From the IMG/VR virus record IMGVR_UViG_3300045988_151351, positions 64,001 to 128,000 of that record: a stretch of 64,000 nt of DNA. The stretch is one strand, 5' to 3'. The position numbers and the translations under genes were made by a program. Origin of the DNA: a virus. Shown one piece after another: positions 10,590 through 19,828 of this stretch; position 1 is the first letter of the stretch, and the number at the start of each line of letters is the position of its first letter. Under the pieces are notes generated by a model. That model was not told where the DNA came from. It saw nothing but the letters and a program-made list of their open reading frames with translations, and did no database searches.

Positions 10590-11015
10590 TTAAGCTACTC
10601 GTTCAATAATTAAATTAGCATTTTGTAAAGAGATAGCCTAAGTACCAGTGTTTTCAACACTAACCTAAGTGCAGCAACCTCCAATTACATCTAAGAATAA
10701 AGAACAAGAAATATTATTAAATTGTTCTACTGCGGTAGGAGTAGAAATCATAGTTGTTGTTTCTACCGGTTCCCCATTTATGGCAACTGCTAAAGAAATT
10801 GCTCCAGGAGTTCCACCAGTAGGAACTGCTATATTACCACCAAATAATATACGGAATCGAGCTTTTCGCTGATTCGCAGAAGTGATACCACGTAATGTTA
10901 CTAAGCCACTTCCTTCACGATGTATCATAGAACAATTGCCAGCAACAGCGGTATTAGTAAATACTACATTACTATTGGCATTAACCGTTTGTAAAGCATT
11001 TGCTGTTATTTCCAT
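10590..11015 (-). CDS. Hypothetical protein (about 141 aa, 2 TAG codons)
   Basis: Track ORF 10665..11015 (MEITANALQTVNANSNVVFTNTAVAGNCSMIHREGSGLVTLRGI...CSLFLDVIGGCCT) extends through TAG to TAA at 10590. An AAGAGG RBS lies upstream. Confidence 0.45.
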
Positions 11016-11036
11016 TTAGAAAACCTCTTTTCTTTA

Positions 11037-11912
11037 TTAAGCAGTATACTAACATCCACATCCAGTATAATTAGTTCCCACATAAGGATTTTGGACAACA
11101 TAGGCTGGAATAGGAGCTTTATTACTTAATTGTTCTACTAAATAAGCATTCTATAAATTTTGAGAAATTTGGCCCTTAAGAGTAGCATTTTCAGCAGTAA
11201 GAGTTTCAATCTTATCTTTGACAAGGAAATCAAGGATAGAGCGCATACTAGCATTAGTATTATCAATAATATCTCTTACTCCTTCATTAACTGCTTGACG
11301 GTTTTGGCAAGCTTGACTTGCTAAATTATAATTTAAATCAGCAAAGCTTGATGTAATAAGATTTCTATTCTCGCAGCAGCACTGAGCATTCGTTGCTGCC
11401 ATATTATTTAATTGCTGAATGATATTATTAGTATTCTACATACCAGCGACAGTATCAGCATTAATAGCCTAAGTAATGCCGAAGGTATTTTGCATATTGT
11501 TAATGCCCATATTACAAATATCTTGTGATAAAGAACGAGCATTGCTATTAATAGTCTCAGTAACATTACCAAAACCAGAAAGTAAATTATTATTTACATT
11601 AGCGAAACCATTACATAAGCCAGTCTGTAAAGAATTAATTCCAGATTTAAGATCGCTTATATCAAATCCATAAGTTAATTCTTCTCTCGTAGTAGTGCCT
11701 TGATAACCAGTATTACCATTATTACCCCAGCCGTTATTACCCCAGCCATTAAAGCAGAATAAGAATAGGATAATAATCCACCAAGCGCCGTCGCCCCACA
11801 TACCATTATCGCCATTGCGATAACCGTTACCAGAAGCAGCAGCAATATCAGATAAAGAATATTGCTGAGTTGGAAAACCACCATAATTAAACATACAAAT
11901 AACCCCTTTCAA
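11037..11912 (-). CDS. Membrane protein rich in Gly-Trp and cysteine (about 291 aa)
   Basis: Track ORFs 11469..11912 and 11151..11402 are in one frame and joined by 3 TAG codons. They include a TM helix (WWIIILFLFCF), GWGNNGWGNNG repeats and the cysteine clusters QCCCENRN...GCGC. The ORF ends at TAA 11037. Confidence 0.4.
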
Positions 11913-11931
11913 AAGTTATAATATTTTATTT

Positions 11932-12175
11932 AAATCCCTAATTGAGATTTAAATTTCGCAAATTCAGTATCAAAATTCATTCCTTTTGATTCAAAAAAAT
12001 TCCTCGCAAACTTTTCAATGTCCGCGGTTTGGCCCCCGCGTGCCATTTTTATCAGATTATCTCCCATAGGCGTTCCGCCCATATTTTTTTCCAGAAGAGA
12101 CATCATCAAAGTTTGAGGATTCTAGCCGTTTTTAATCATACCTATTATCTACAATGGATTTATTCCCTACATCAT
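11932..12175 (-). CDS. Small hypothetical protein (about 81 aa)
   Basis: A GGAGG RBS lies immediately upstream of ATGATG at 12175. Translation MMQGINPLQIIGMIKNGQNPQTLMMSLLEKNMGGTPMGDNLIKMARGGQTADIEKF... includes an unusually GC-rich stretch. Confidence 0.3.
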
Positions 12176-12186
12176 TTCTTACCTCC

Positions 12187-12642
12187 TTAAAAGTTAAACT
12201 GCGGTTTGCTATCAGTTATTTGCTCTGTCGAAGATTGAGTATTCTATTGTTGTTGTGGATTAATATTAGCCTAGGCCTATTGTGTTAATTGAGAAAAGGC
12301 TTCTTTAATCTATGATAAAGCATTATTAAATTCATTCCGTGTTATAAAATCTACATTATTACCTTGTGAATTGCTTGGAAGTTCTTTTAGCTCATACATA
12401 TTGATTGAAGCAGTTCCATCCATATTAATCTATTTTGTATATATTCTTCTATTGGCATAGTCAGGAAAATAGAATACTGAACCATCAAAATCTACACTCA
12501 TCGCCCGTACTTCATCTAATGAAGAGACTGGTCTAACTCTTGGAGTAGTATTTTGATTTGATGCCGGCATAATAGGTTGAGTGTTATAAATTGGCCGATT
12601 TATAGCACTAAACTATTGTGGATAACCATAATTATTATTCAT
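12187..12642 (-). CDS. Hypothetical protein (about 151 aa, about 5 TAG codons)
   Basis: A GGAGG RBS lies 8 nt upstream of ATG 12642. Translation MNNNYGYPQ(Q)FSAINRPIYNTQPIMPASNQ...VDFDGSVFYFPDYANRRIYTK... has a Gln-rich C-terminus and ends at TAA 12187. Confidence 0.35.
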
Positions 12643-12781
12643 AATTTTTACCTCCGGAGTTTTAAAGTAGAAGAATTTTATCTTTTTCTTCCATAGATAT
12701 ATAAAATTTAGATTATAAATATCATTAGGAAATACTCACACTTTTTTAAATGGAAATCTCTTCCGCACCAAAATAAATAAA

Positions 12782-12816
12782 AATATCGTCATGAATAGAC
12801 TTTTATAAAAATTTTT
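12782..12816 (+). promoter_or_regulatory. Putative promoter with extended -10 (TAGACT-17 nt-TGGTATAAT) for the response-regulator gene
   Basis: An AT-rich divergent intergenic region separates the minus gene ending at 12642 from the plus gene at about 12865. It contains tagacttttataaaaatttttggtataat. Confidence 0.35.
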
Positions 12817-12864
12817 GGTATAATTATAAATAGAGAAAGATAAAAATATTAATGAAAGGAGGAG

Positions 12865-13569
12865 ATTATCATAGTTTCAATATGTATTTGTGATAGAGAT
12901 GATTCACATGGATAGTCAATGATTACTATTATTAAAGATTATTTGTTTAAACATAATGTAATGGGAAGTATAAATTATTTTAATAATGCTAAAGATTTAT
13001 TAAGACAACCAATCTATGACGTCTATTTCTTAGATATTTTAATTAGAGATATGAATGGCATTGAGCTTGGAAAAATATTAAAACAAAAAAATGAAAAATG
13101 CGAAATAATTTATATAACTGATTAGCGTAATTATGGACCACAAACCTATGAAGTAAAGGCATTTAATTATTTATTAAAACCTATAAATATAGAAGAAATA
13201 AATGATACTTTAGATAGATTATTTGAAAAAATTAAAAGTGAATATAGATATTTAAGAACTAAAGATGGGGAAGAAAGAATTCCACTTAAAGAATTATTAT
13301 ATGCTGATATTATAGGAAGAAATTTAACTTGTCATTTCTATGATGGTGAATTAATTCAAAGTACAACTTTAAAAAAATCTTTTGAAAAAATGATAGGTCC
13401 TTTAAAAGATAATCCAGATTTTGTCTTTGTTGCACCGAGTTTATTAATTAATTTAAATTATATTAGTTCAATGAACTTAAACTATTTAACTTTTACTACT
13501 GGTGAAGTATTATATTTCCCAAAGAGCGCGTATAAATTAATTTGTGAAAGATGGAAGCAATATAGTTAA
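12865..13569 (+). CDS. LytTR-family (AgrA/LytR-like) response regulator: receiver domain plus LytTR DNA-binding domain
   Basis: Translation ...IIIVSICICDRDDSHG-TAG-SMITIIKDYLF...YDVYFLDILIRDMNGIELGK (receiver with a phospho-acceptor Asp) runs through TAG 13123 into ...IPLKELLYADIIGRNLTCHFYDGELIQSTTLKKSFEKMIGPL...FVFVAPSLLINLNYI (LytTR fold). An AAAGGAGGAG RBS at 12855 is followed by no in-frame ATG, so the gene needs a non-canonical start (ATT/ATC/ATA near 12865). Confidence 0.6.
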
Positions 13570-13578
13570 ATAGAAATA

Positions 13579-13612
13579 AGGGGAACACTCGATAATTGAG
13601 TGTTCCCCATTT
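13579..13612. terminator. Bidirectional intrinsic terminator
   Basis: ggggaacactc gataatt gagtgttcccc followed by TTTTTTTAT. It lies between the convergent response-regulator and holin genes. Confidence 0.6.
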
Positions 13613-13614
13613 TT

Positions 13615-14031
13615 TTATGATTTATTAATATTAACACTTGCTTCTATCTTTTCAGAAATATATTTATCTAAATCACCATAAATATTAGCAAGATAATCTT
13701 TTGCTTCTTGGCTAAGAATTGTTAATACTGCTTGCGTAGTTTGTTCAAATGCTTGCTTTTGAGCTTCTGCATCAAATTTGCCTTGTTTCTTTAGACTTTC
13801 TACATAAGTCTAATTCGTAGCAATAACACAACTATTAATTGTGTCAGTTAGCATTTGAATATATTTATTTGCTAATGCATTATCATTATTCTTTTGAATT
13901 TGATTACTTTTTACATTAATCCATTTAATAATAAAAGTAGTCAATACTCCTAATAATGGAATAATACATACTTGAAAAATTTGAGTTAGTAATTCACTAG
14001 TCATTATTATTTCCTCCTTAAGGTGTTCCAT
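13615..14031 (-). CDS. Putative holin (Phage_holin_1-like), 1 TAG codon
   Basis: Track ORF 13810..14031 has a TM segment (LLTQIFQVCIIPLLGVLTTFIIKWI) followed by ...SCVIATN-TAG-TYVESLKKQGKFDAEAQKQAFEQTTQAVLTILSQEAKDYLANIYGDLDKYISEKIEASVNINKS*, resembling Gram-positive phage holins (NQTYV...LKK.GKFD motif). It is the last gene of the minus-strand late region. Confidence 0.5.
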
Positions 14032-15088
14032 AAATAGTACAAGTCATATCATATCTAGCGCTTGGACTATTATTTAATAAAATTAATTCACAAAATTTTT
14101 GTGATGAAGTACTTGATTCATAACATCTACCAACAGCATAAATTCTCATTGTTCCTCCTGTTTGAGAATAATTTAATAATTCTAAGGTAGATATACCATA
14201 TAGGGTAGTTCTAGAACTATTTTCACAAACACAATATCCTTCAAAACCTTTTGATTTAATCTGTGCTAAAGTTACTCCGGAGGGATCCCCTCCTTTAAAA
14301 GATAACATATGATATGTTCCAGAGTTATAATCTGTATTAACTTTAATTGCAATAGAATAAATAGTAGAAGGTAATGCTCCTCCAAATGAAAAATTCAAAT
14401 ATCCTCCGTTACCATTACCTTCATTATAAAAGCTTGATACAGTTCCAGTATATAATTTAGCACTAGATAAAGTTCCAGTTACTCCAAAAATATTTACTCC
14501 TGATTTAATATTACTAGCAATTAAATTGCTGCTTCCAGATACAGTAATATTTCCAGTAGCATAAGAACCAGAAGCAATAGCAGTCTAAGAACTTGTGCTT
14601 GGAGTAATAGTTCTACCATTAACAGAAGGTATTGTTCCTGTTACTTTTACTCCAGAAGCAGAAGTAAATGTTTTGCCAGTAAGTACATCGGCGGCAGTTG
14701 CATTACCAAAATCTGACTTTGGAAAAACACATCTTGTATGCGCTCCTGCTCTATATAATTTTGGATTATTAAAAGGATATTTAACATAATAATATGTTGA
14801 ATCCTAAGTTCTTAAATAATCAGATAATGAACCAGATTTTTGTTCATATCCTGTTACAATTGGTATTGTACCTGTTATTTTTTCACCATTCACATAGGCT
14901 GTTTTACCTTGTCCAATATCTTCTGCAATGGCAGTTGCATCTGAAGTATCTATGCCTGTTTCAATATTTTGTATCAAATTAGGCATATCTTGAGCATTAA
15001 TTTTATTAGACGTATTAGTTTTTTCTCTAATAGCATCTCCAATTCCTGTTAACAATTCAGGGACTGTACTATAACTCATTATTTCCAT
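14018..15088 (-). CDS. Tail-fibre-like protein (about 356 aa)
   Basis: Track ORFs 14804..15088 and 14018..14398 share a frame and are joined by TAG codons. Gly/Ser/Thr-rich beta-type sequence (GTIPSVNGRTITPSTSS..., NFSFGGALPSTIYSIAIKV...). The start overlaps the upstream gene stop. Confidence 0.45.
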
Positions 15089-16812
15089 TTACCTCCTATC
15101 GCTGTAAATAATTCTATTTCTTTCCATTCATTATTTACTCCATAATATAATTTACATTCTTTCCACTCTTTATCTTTTCCAAAATAAATTTTTTTCTTAA
15201 AAACAGGATATAAATAAAGGTTACTCGGTTCGGTTCTAGTATATGTTGTATTAACTTTATAAGTTACTGTACTACTTCCTTTAGCTGTTGAATATCCTAA
15301 AAATTCACAACCTTCTAAATACTATTCATTTGGATAAATAGTAAAAGTTGCTGAAGAATAACAAGCATTATTAGTATTAGATGACCATTTAGCATATAGC
15401 TAAGTAGCACCATTAGACATAATAAAATTAGTATCTGAAGTTGAATAACTACCTCCTGGAGTAAAATTTACTCCACTTCCTGTATTTGTAGTATTCCAAC
15501 TGGATAAAGTATAAGTAGTTTTAGGTTTATACTAAACATAATTAGTATGCAAAGGAGTAGTATTATCTGACTTATATCTAATTATGGAATAGGTTGTTGT
15601 TTCCGATCCCCATACTGGTGATTTTGTAATAGAAGAAGATGATGGCATAGTAATAGTCTAAGCAATATTGTTATAATATGTTAAAGCATTAGCTGTACCA
15701 CTACCTCCATTAAGATTAAATGATAAAGAAAAATACCAAATTCCATATAAACTTAAAGAATCCTAATCAGTAGATATCGTAGCTCCTTTAGCATATTTAG
15801 GAGTTGTTGCGTTTTTATTAGTACTCCATCCTTTGAATATAAAATTAGTAGGATTGGACCAAGTAGGTGGAGTCATTGTATTTGCTCCTGTATTTGTATA
15901 AGTCCCTAAAAGAGTGCCAGTATTATTATAAAATGACATAGTCCCTTTATAAGGGGTAAATGTTAATGTATAAGGAATATAAGTAGATCCACTACCACTA
16001 AAAGCTAAATTAAGTGCTACATAATAAGTTCGACTACCTAAGAATTTTTCACTATATTTTACTTCACAGTCATATGATACGCTAGGATCCTTATCATCAT
16101 TTTTCTCAGTATCATTATTATCATATACAAAAGATGCATCACGTGATTGCCCTGGAGCTCCTTGACTTGGTTCAGTTTTAGTAATATAGCCATAGGGATC
16201 TGGACTTTTACTTCCAATAGTAGTTGTAAAAGTAAGAGTTCCTCCACAAGGAACTGTTACATTAAAATAAGATGCTCTATAATAATATACTTGTATAGAC
16301 CCACTATAACTTGAAGTATTTTCCGTATTTGTTATTCTTCGATCCGCAGAATAATGATAAGGAGCAATCCAAGAAGTATAAGTATCATTATAATCTCCAT
16401 AAGGTGTATCATAATAATCTCTATAAGGTGTATCATCATAATCTCTATAAGGTGTATCATCATAATCTCTATAAGGTGTATCATTATAATCATTATATGA
16501 AGCAGGTGGATACTAAATATGGTCCTAATCAATGTCACCACCTATACCGTCCTATACAGAAGCTCCATAGGTAGTAGTGGTTGAAAGATTACGTCCTGAG
16601 AATGTAATAGTAACAGAACCAGAATTAGAATAAAATATTAATCCATTACGCCCACTAGTTAGAGAACCGCTAGACGCAGTAAAATTCGTAGTAGCACCTT
16701 GGTTAATTTTTGGATAAATATATATTTGACCACTAGAACAATTTCGCCATGATGCAAGAATTGTAATTGAACTTCCACTAGCTGACTATAAAGATACAGA
16801 AATTGAAGCCAT
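15078..16812 (-). CDS. Tail-fibre / receptor-binding-like protein (about 578 aa) with internal DYDDTPYR tandem repeats
   Basis: An AGGAGG RBS precedes ATG 16812. Continuous hand translation MASISVSL(Q)SASGSSITILASWRN...PYRDYDDTPYRDYDDTPYRDYYDTPYGDYNDTYTSW...TFTTTIGSKSPDPYGY... contains about 12 TAG codons. It ends at TAA 15078-15080. Confidence 0.5.
16385..16480 (-). repeat. In-frame 24-bp tandem repeat (about 4 copies) encoding (D-Y-D/N-D-T-P-Y-R/G)n
   Basis: Visible on the + strand as tctctataaggtgtatcatcataa repeated with minor variants. It lies inside the fibre gene 15078..16812. Confidence 0.7.
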
Positions 16813-16815
16813 ATA

Positions 16816-17778
16816 TTATCCTCCTTCCTTATTTATAGAACTAAAAGCTAAACACCCGCCCTAACAAGATAAATTATTAAATTTTTTACAATTTTTACAT
16901 TTATCATTTTGTCCGTTAGCTTCTCTTTTAGGATAGATTGTTTTAAATAAAAAATAATTTGAAACTTCATTAATATTATCAAACTAATGCAAATCTATTA
17001 AACCATAAGCGCCAAAACAACAAGTTGCTTTAAAATCCGGAGTAATATCTATAACTGGTTTACATAAAGTTTTCCAATGAATTACATTTTTTTTTAAAAA
17101 AGCTAAATCATCTTCTTTAAAATAACAAGCAGGTATCATATTACAATCAATGCGCAATTCAATATTATTTTTATAGGCTAACTAATTTAATTCTAATAAT
17201 TGTGGGATACCATTATTGTAATATTCATCTTTATCTACTTGACTATATTGGCAAGTAGGAGCAGCATAACTAATTCTTAAATTATTTTTTTTATATTTTT
17301 TACATAATTCAATTATATAATTAAAATCCTATAAATCTGGGTATATATTAATACCAAAATTAATTTGATTTAATAGCTAATTTTTTTCAAAATTATTTAA
17401 AGTTTCTATAATACTATTATAATTACTTTCTGACATAGTATTTGGAGCATTCAAATTTATTAAACTAGATAAAGCAGAATGATTTTTAAAACTATTTAAA
17501 TATTTGTCTAAATAAATCCCATTAGAAAAAATAGTAACATTTTTTAAATCATATAATTTATCAAAACAAATATCTATATATTCTGCTAGGCAGGGATGTA
17601 AAGTAGGTTCTCCTCCTATAATACCAATTCTATTACAAGGAGTCTAATCTAAAAAATCTAATATAGTTAATAACTATTCCTTTGTTATAAGCTATTTTTC
17701 TTCCTCTGTAATAAATTTATTAGCAAAACAATATGGACACTATAAATTACAATAATTTAAAAATGCAATATTAGGCAT
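16816..17778 (-). CDS. Radical SAM enzyme with a SPASM/twitch-type C-terminal Cys cluster (about 320 aa, about 8 TAG codons)
   Basis: MPNIAFLNYCNL-TAG-CPYCFANK gives CX3CX2C if TAG encodes Gln. GIIGGEPTLHP is the GGE(P) SAM motif. The C-terminus ...NDKCKNCKKFNNLSC-TAG-GGCLAFS* is SPASM-like. The RBS lies within the upstream gene, which ends TAATATTGC over this ATG. Confidence 0.7.
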
Positions 17779-19045
17779 TATTTATTTTATCTCCTTCTAA
17801 TTTTTTTATTTCTTTTAAATTAAAAAAATTATTTTCTATTAAAATTTGCTTTAAAATAGGATTTATATTATCATATTTTAAATTAATATTTTTAATTAGA
17901 TCGTATAAAATATCATATAATTTTTTATTAAAAATGCAATAATCTTCATTGAAAGATAATTTTCCTGTAGAAAAATATTCTTTTATACATCCACCATAAC
18001 AAATATCATAATAATCACATTTTCCTTTACAATGTGTTAAAATTATATCATCAATTTTATTAATATAATCCTAATAAGTTGGTAAAGATATTAATTCTTC
18101 AAAAGAATTAATATCTCTAATATTACAAAAAATATTTTCTTTATTAACATATCCACAATGAGTAATATCACCATTAGGTAAAATTACTATCCATTTACCA
18201 ACACAATAAGTTGTATAGCATTTCCCTCTACGGCCTAATAGACATTTAATACGATTTGTAATTCCTTGATCTTCAATAGGATTGTCTGTATCATATATCC
18301 AATACCTAAAATATTCTGTAATTAATTCTAAATCTTCTTCATTATCAATATCTATTAGCATATTATTTGAATTACTATCTAATAATTTTATATCTTTAAT
18401 AAAATTCCCCTAAAAGCCATGAACATTTAATGTTTTTAAATATTCATAATTTTCAATTAAATCTTTTAAATGGGGTTTATCATACACACATATAAAACCT
18501 TTATGAGTATTTTTTAAAATAGGTTCCATGGCTAAAGTAGATTGTAGTCCTCTAGTCTCAGTATTATATATACCATTATATGAAAGTCCATATTTTATAT
18601 GATATTTTTCAAGTAATGGTAATTTATCTTCTAATAAAATTCCATTACTTTGTAAAGAAATAGGAAAATTTAAATTATATTTTTGTTTTTGCTCAGATAA
18701 ATATATTAATAAATCTTCTGGCAATAATAAAGGTTCTCCACCATGCCAAGTAATTTCTCGAATATGAGAACCAAATTTAGTAAGAATCTAATCTAATAGT
18801 TCTTTAGTTATAATCTAATCTTTATATTCATATCTAATAAACTAATTTTCACAATAAGGACAATTAGCATTGCATTCATAAGAAGCATGTAATAAAATTA
18901 ATACATTATCTATAGTATGAAATGACATATCATCTACTAACTATAAATCATCTAATTTAGATAATAATTCATTTTTATATTTAACTTTATAGGGCTAAAT
19001 ATGATTATACTTTAACCATAATTTTTTTTCTTCTTCGTATGTCAT
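17771..19045 (-). CDS. Radical SAM / SPASM-domain enzyme (about 424 aa, about 7 TAG codons)
   Basis: Start MTYEEEKK at 19045. Motifs ...LHASYECNANCPYCEN (CX3CX2C), ITWHGGEPLLLP, ...HCGYVNKENIFCNIRD...CKGKCDYYDICYGGCIKEY (auxiliary-cluster cysteines). Track ORFs 18410..18724 and 18071..18361 are in one frame joined by TAG. It ends at TAA 17771. Confidence 0.7.
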
Positions 19046-19050
19046 AATTT

Positions 19051-19272
19051 TTATCCCTCATATCGAATCAAAATTTTTCCATTCACAACAGAAGGCATAG
19101 ATTCAGAAGTTGGAGAAAAAATAAACATATCATTAGTTATAACTTCATTAGCTGATGTACCATTTGTGACAGATTTTATTTTAGGGTTAGAGCTATTAAT
19201 AGCACTTTTAAATAAATCAACACTATTATCATCATCAACATAAATTGCTCTTAATAATTTAGGCTCACTCAT
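19051..19272 (-). CDS. Small hypothetical protein (73 aa, no TAG)
   Basis: Track ORF with an AGGAGG RBS, located immediately upstream of the radical-SAM pair: MSEPKLLRAIYVDDDNSVDLFKSAINSSNPKIKSVTNGTSANEVITNDMFIFSPTSESMPSVVNGKILIRYEG. Confidence 0.45.
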   Translation of the reverse strand: MSEPKLLRAIYVDDDNSVDLFKSAINSSNPKIKSVTNGTSANEVITNDMFIFSPTSESMPSVVNGKILIRYEG

Positions 19273-19285
19273 TTAATTTACCTCC

Positions 19286-19828
19286 TTAATAACTGTTATT
19301 CACTAAACCATTAACATAAGTATAAACTGCTCTTGCCGTTGGAACTTGACTATCTCCAGAACTTGAATTTATTACTGTGACTACTGGAAATGTAGTTCCT
19401 CCCGAGGATGATGAATCTCCATTATTATTACTAAGAGATAAATAAGGAAAACAAATAAAATTAAAAATATCTCCAATTCTAGTCTTATAATTACTTCCCA
19501 CTAAATTAATTTCAGTTTTATTTGTATTTAAAGTATAATTTTCCATTTTATTTAATAATAAACCATTCTAAAATACTAATAATTGTTTTTCATCAATTAT
19601 TTCTATTGTATTAGGAATGGGAATAGTCTAAGTTATCTCTGATATAATTACTGTTTCATTTATTAAACTTTTATAAAATAATCCTTGAGAAATAGCTGTT
19701 TGTAGATCATAAGTAGAGCCGTTTATATCAATATAAACGGCTCTACCAAGAGTCTACGGGAAAATAGGATTTTTATCATTATCATGCTATTCTGTGGTCT
19801 ATAACAATTTAATATATTCTTCATTCAT
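19286..19828 (-). CDS. Hypothetical structural-module protein (about 180 aa)
   Basis: Track ORF 19286..19546 extends upstream through 4 TAG codons to ATG 19828 (MNEEYIKLL(Q)TTE(Q)HDNDKNPIFP...). Its start overlaps the stop of the giant glycine-rich gene. Confidence 0.4.

Noticed and set aside
12025-12085. A short GC-rich island (ggcccccgcgtgcc...gcgttccgccc) considered as foreign DNA or an RNA element.
   Set aside because: It is in frame within the small gene 11932..12175 and encodes Gly/Ala/Arg-rich residues. It is too short to interpret further.
16385-16480. The 24-bp repeats and the duplicated 50-bp hairpin unit (24488-24590) as a possible CRISPR array.
   Set aside because: The first is an in-frame coding repeat with no spacers. 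The second is two copies of a terminator hairpin with no variable spacers and no cas genes.
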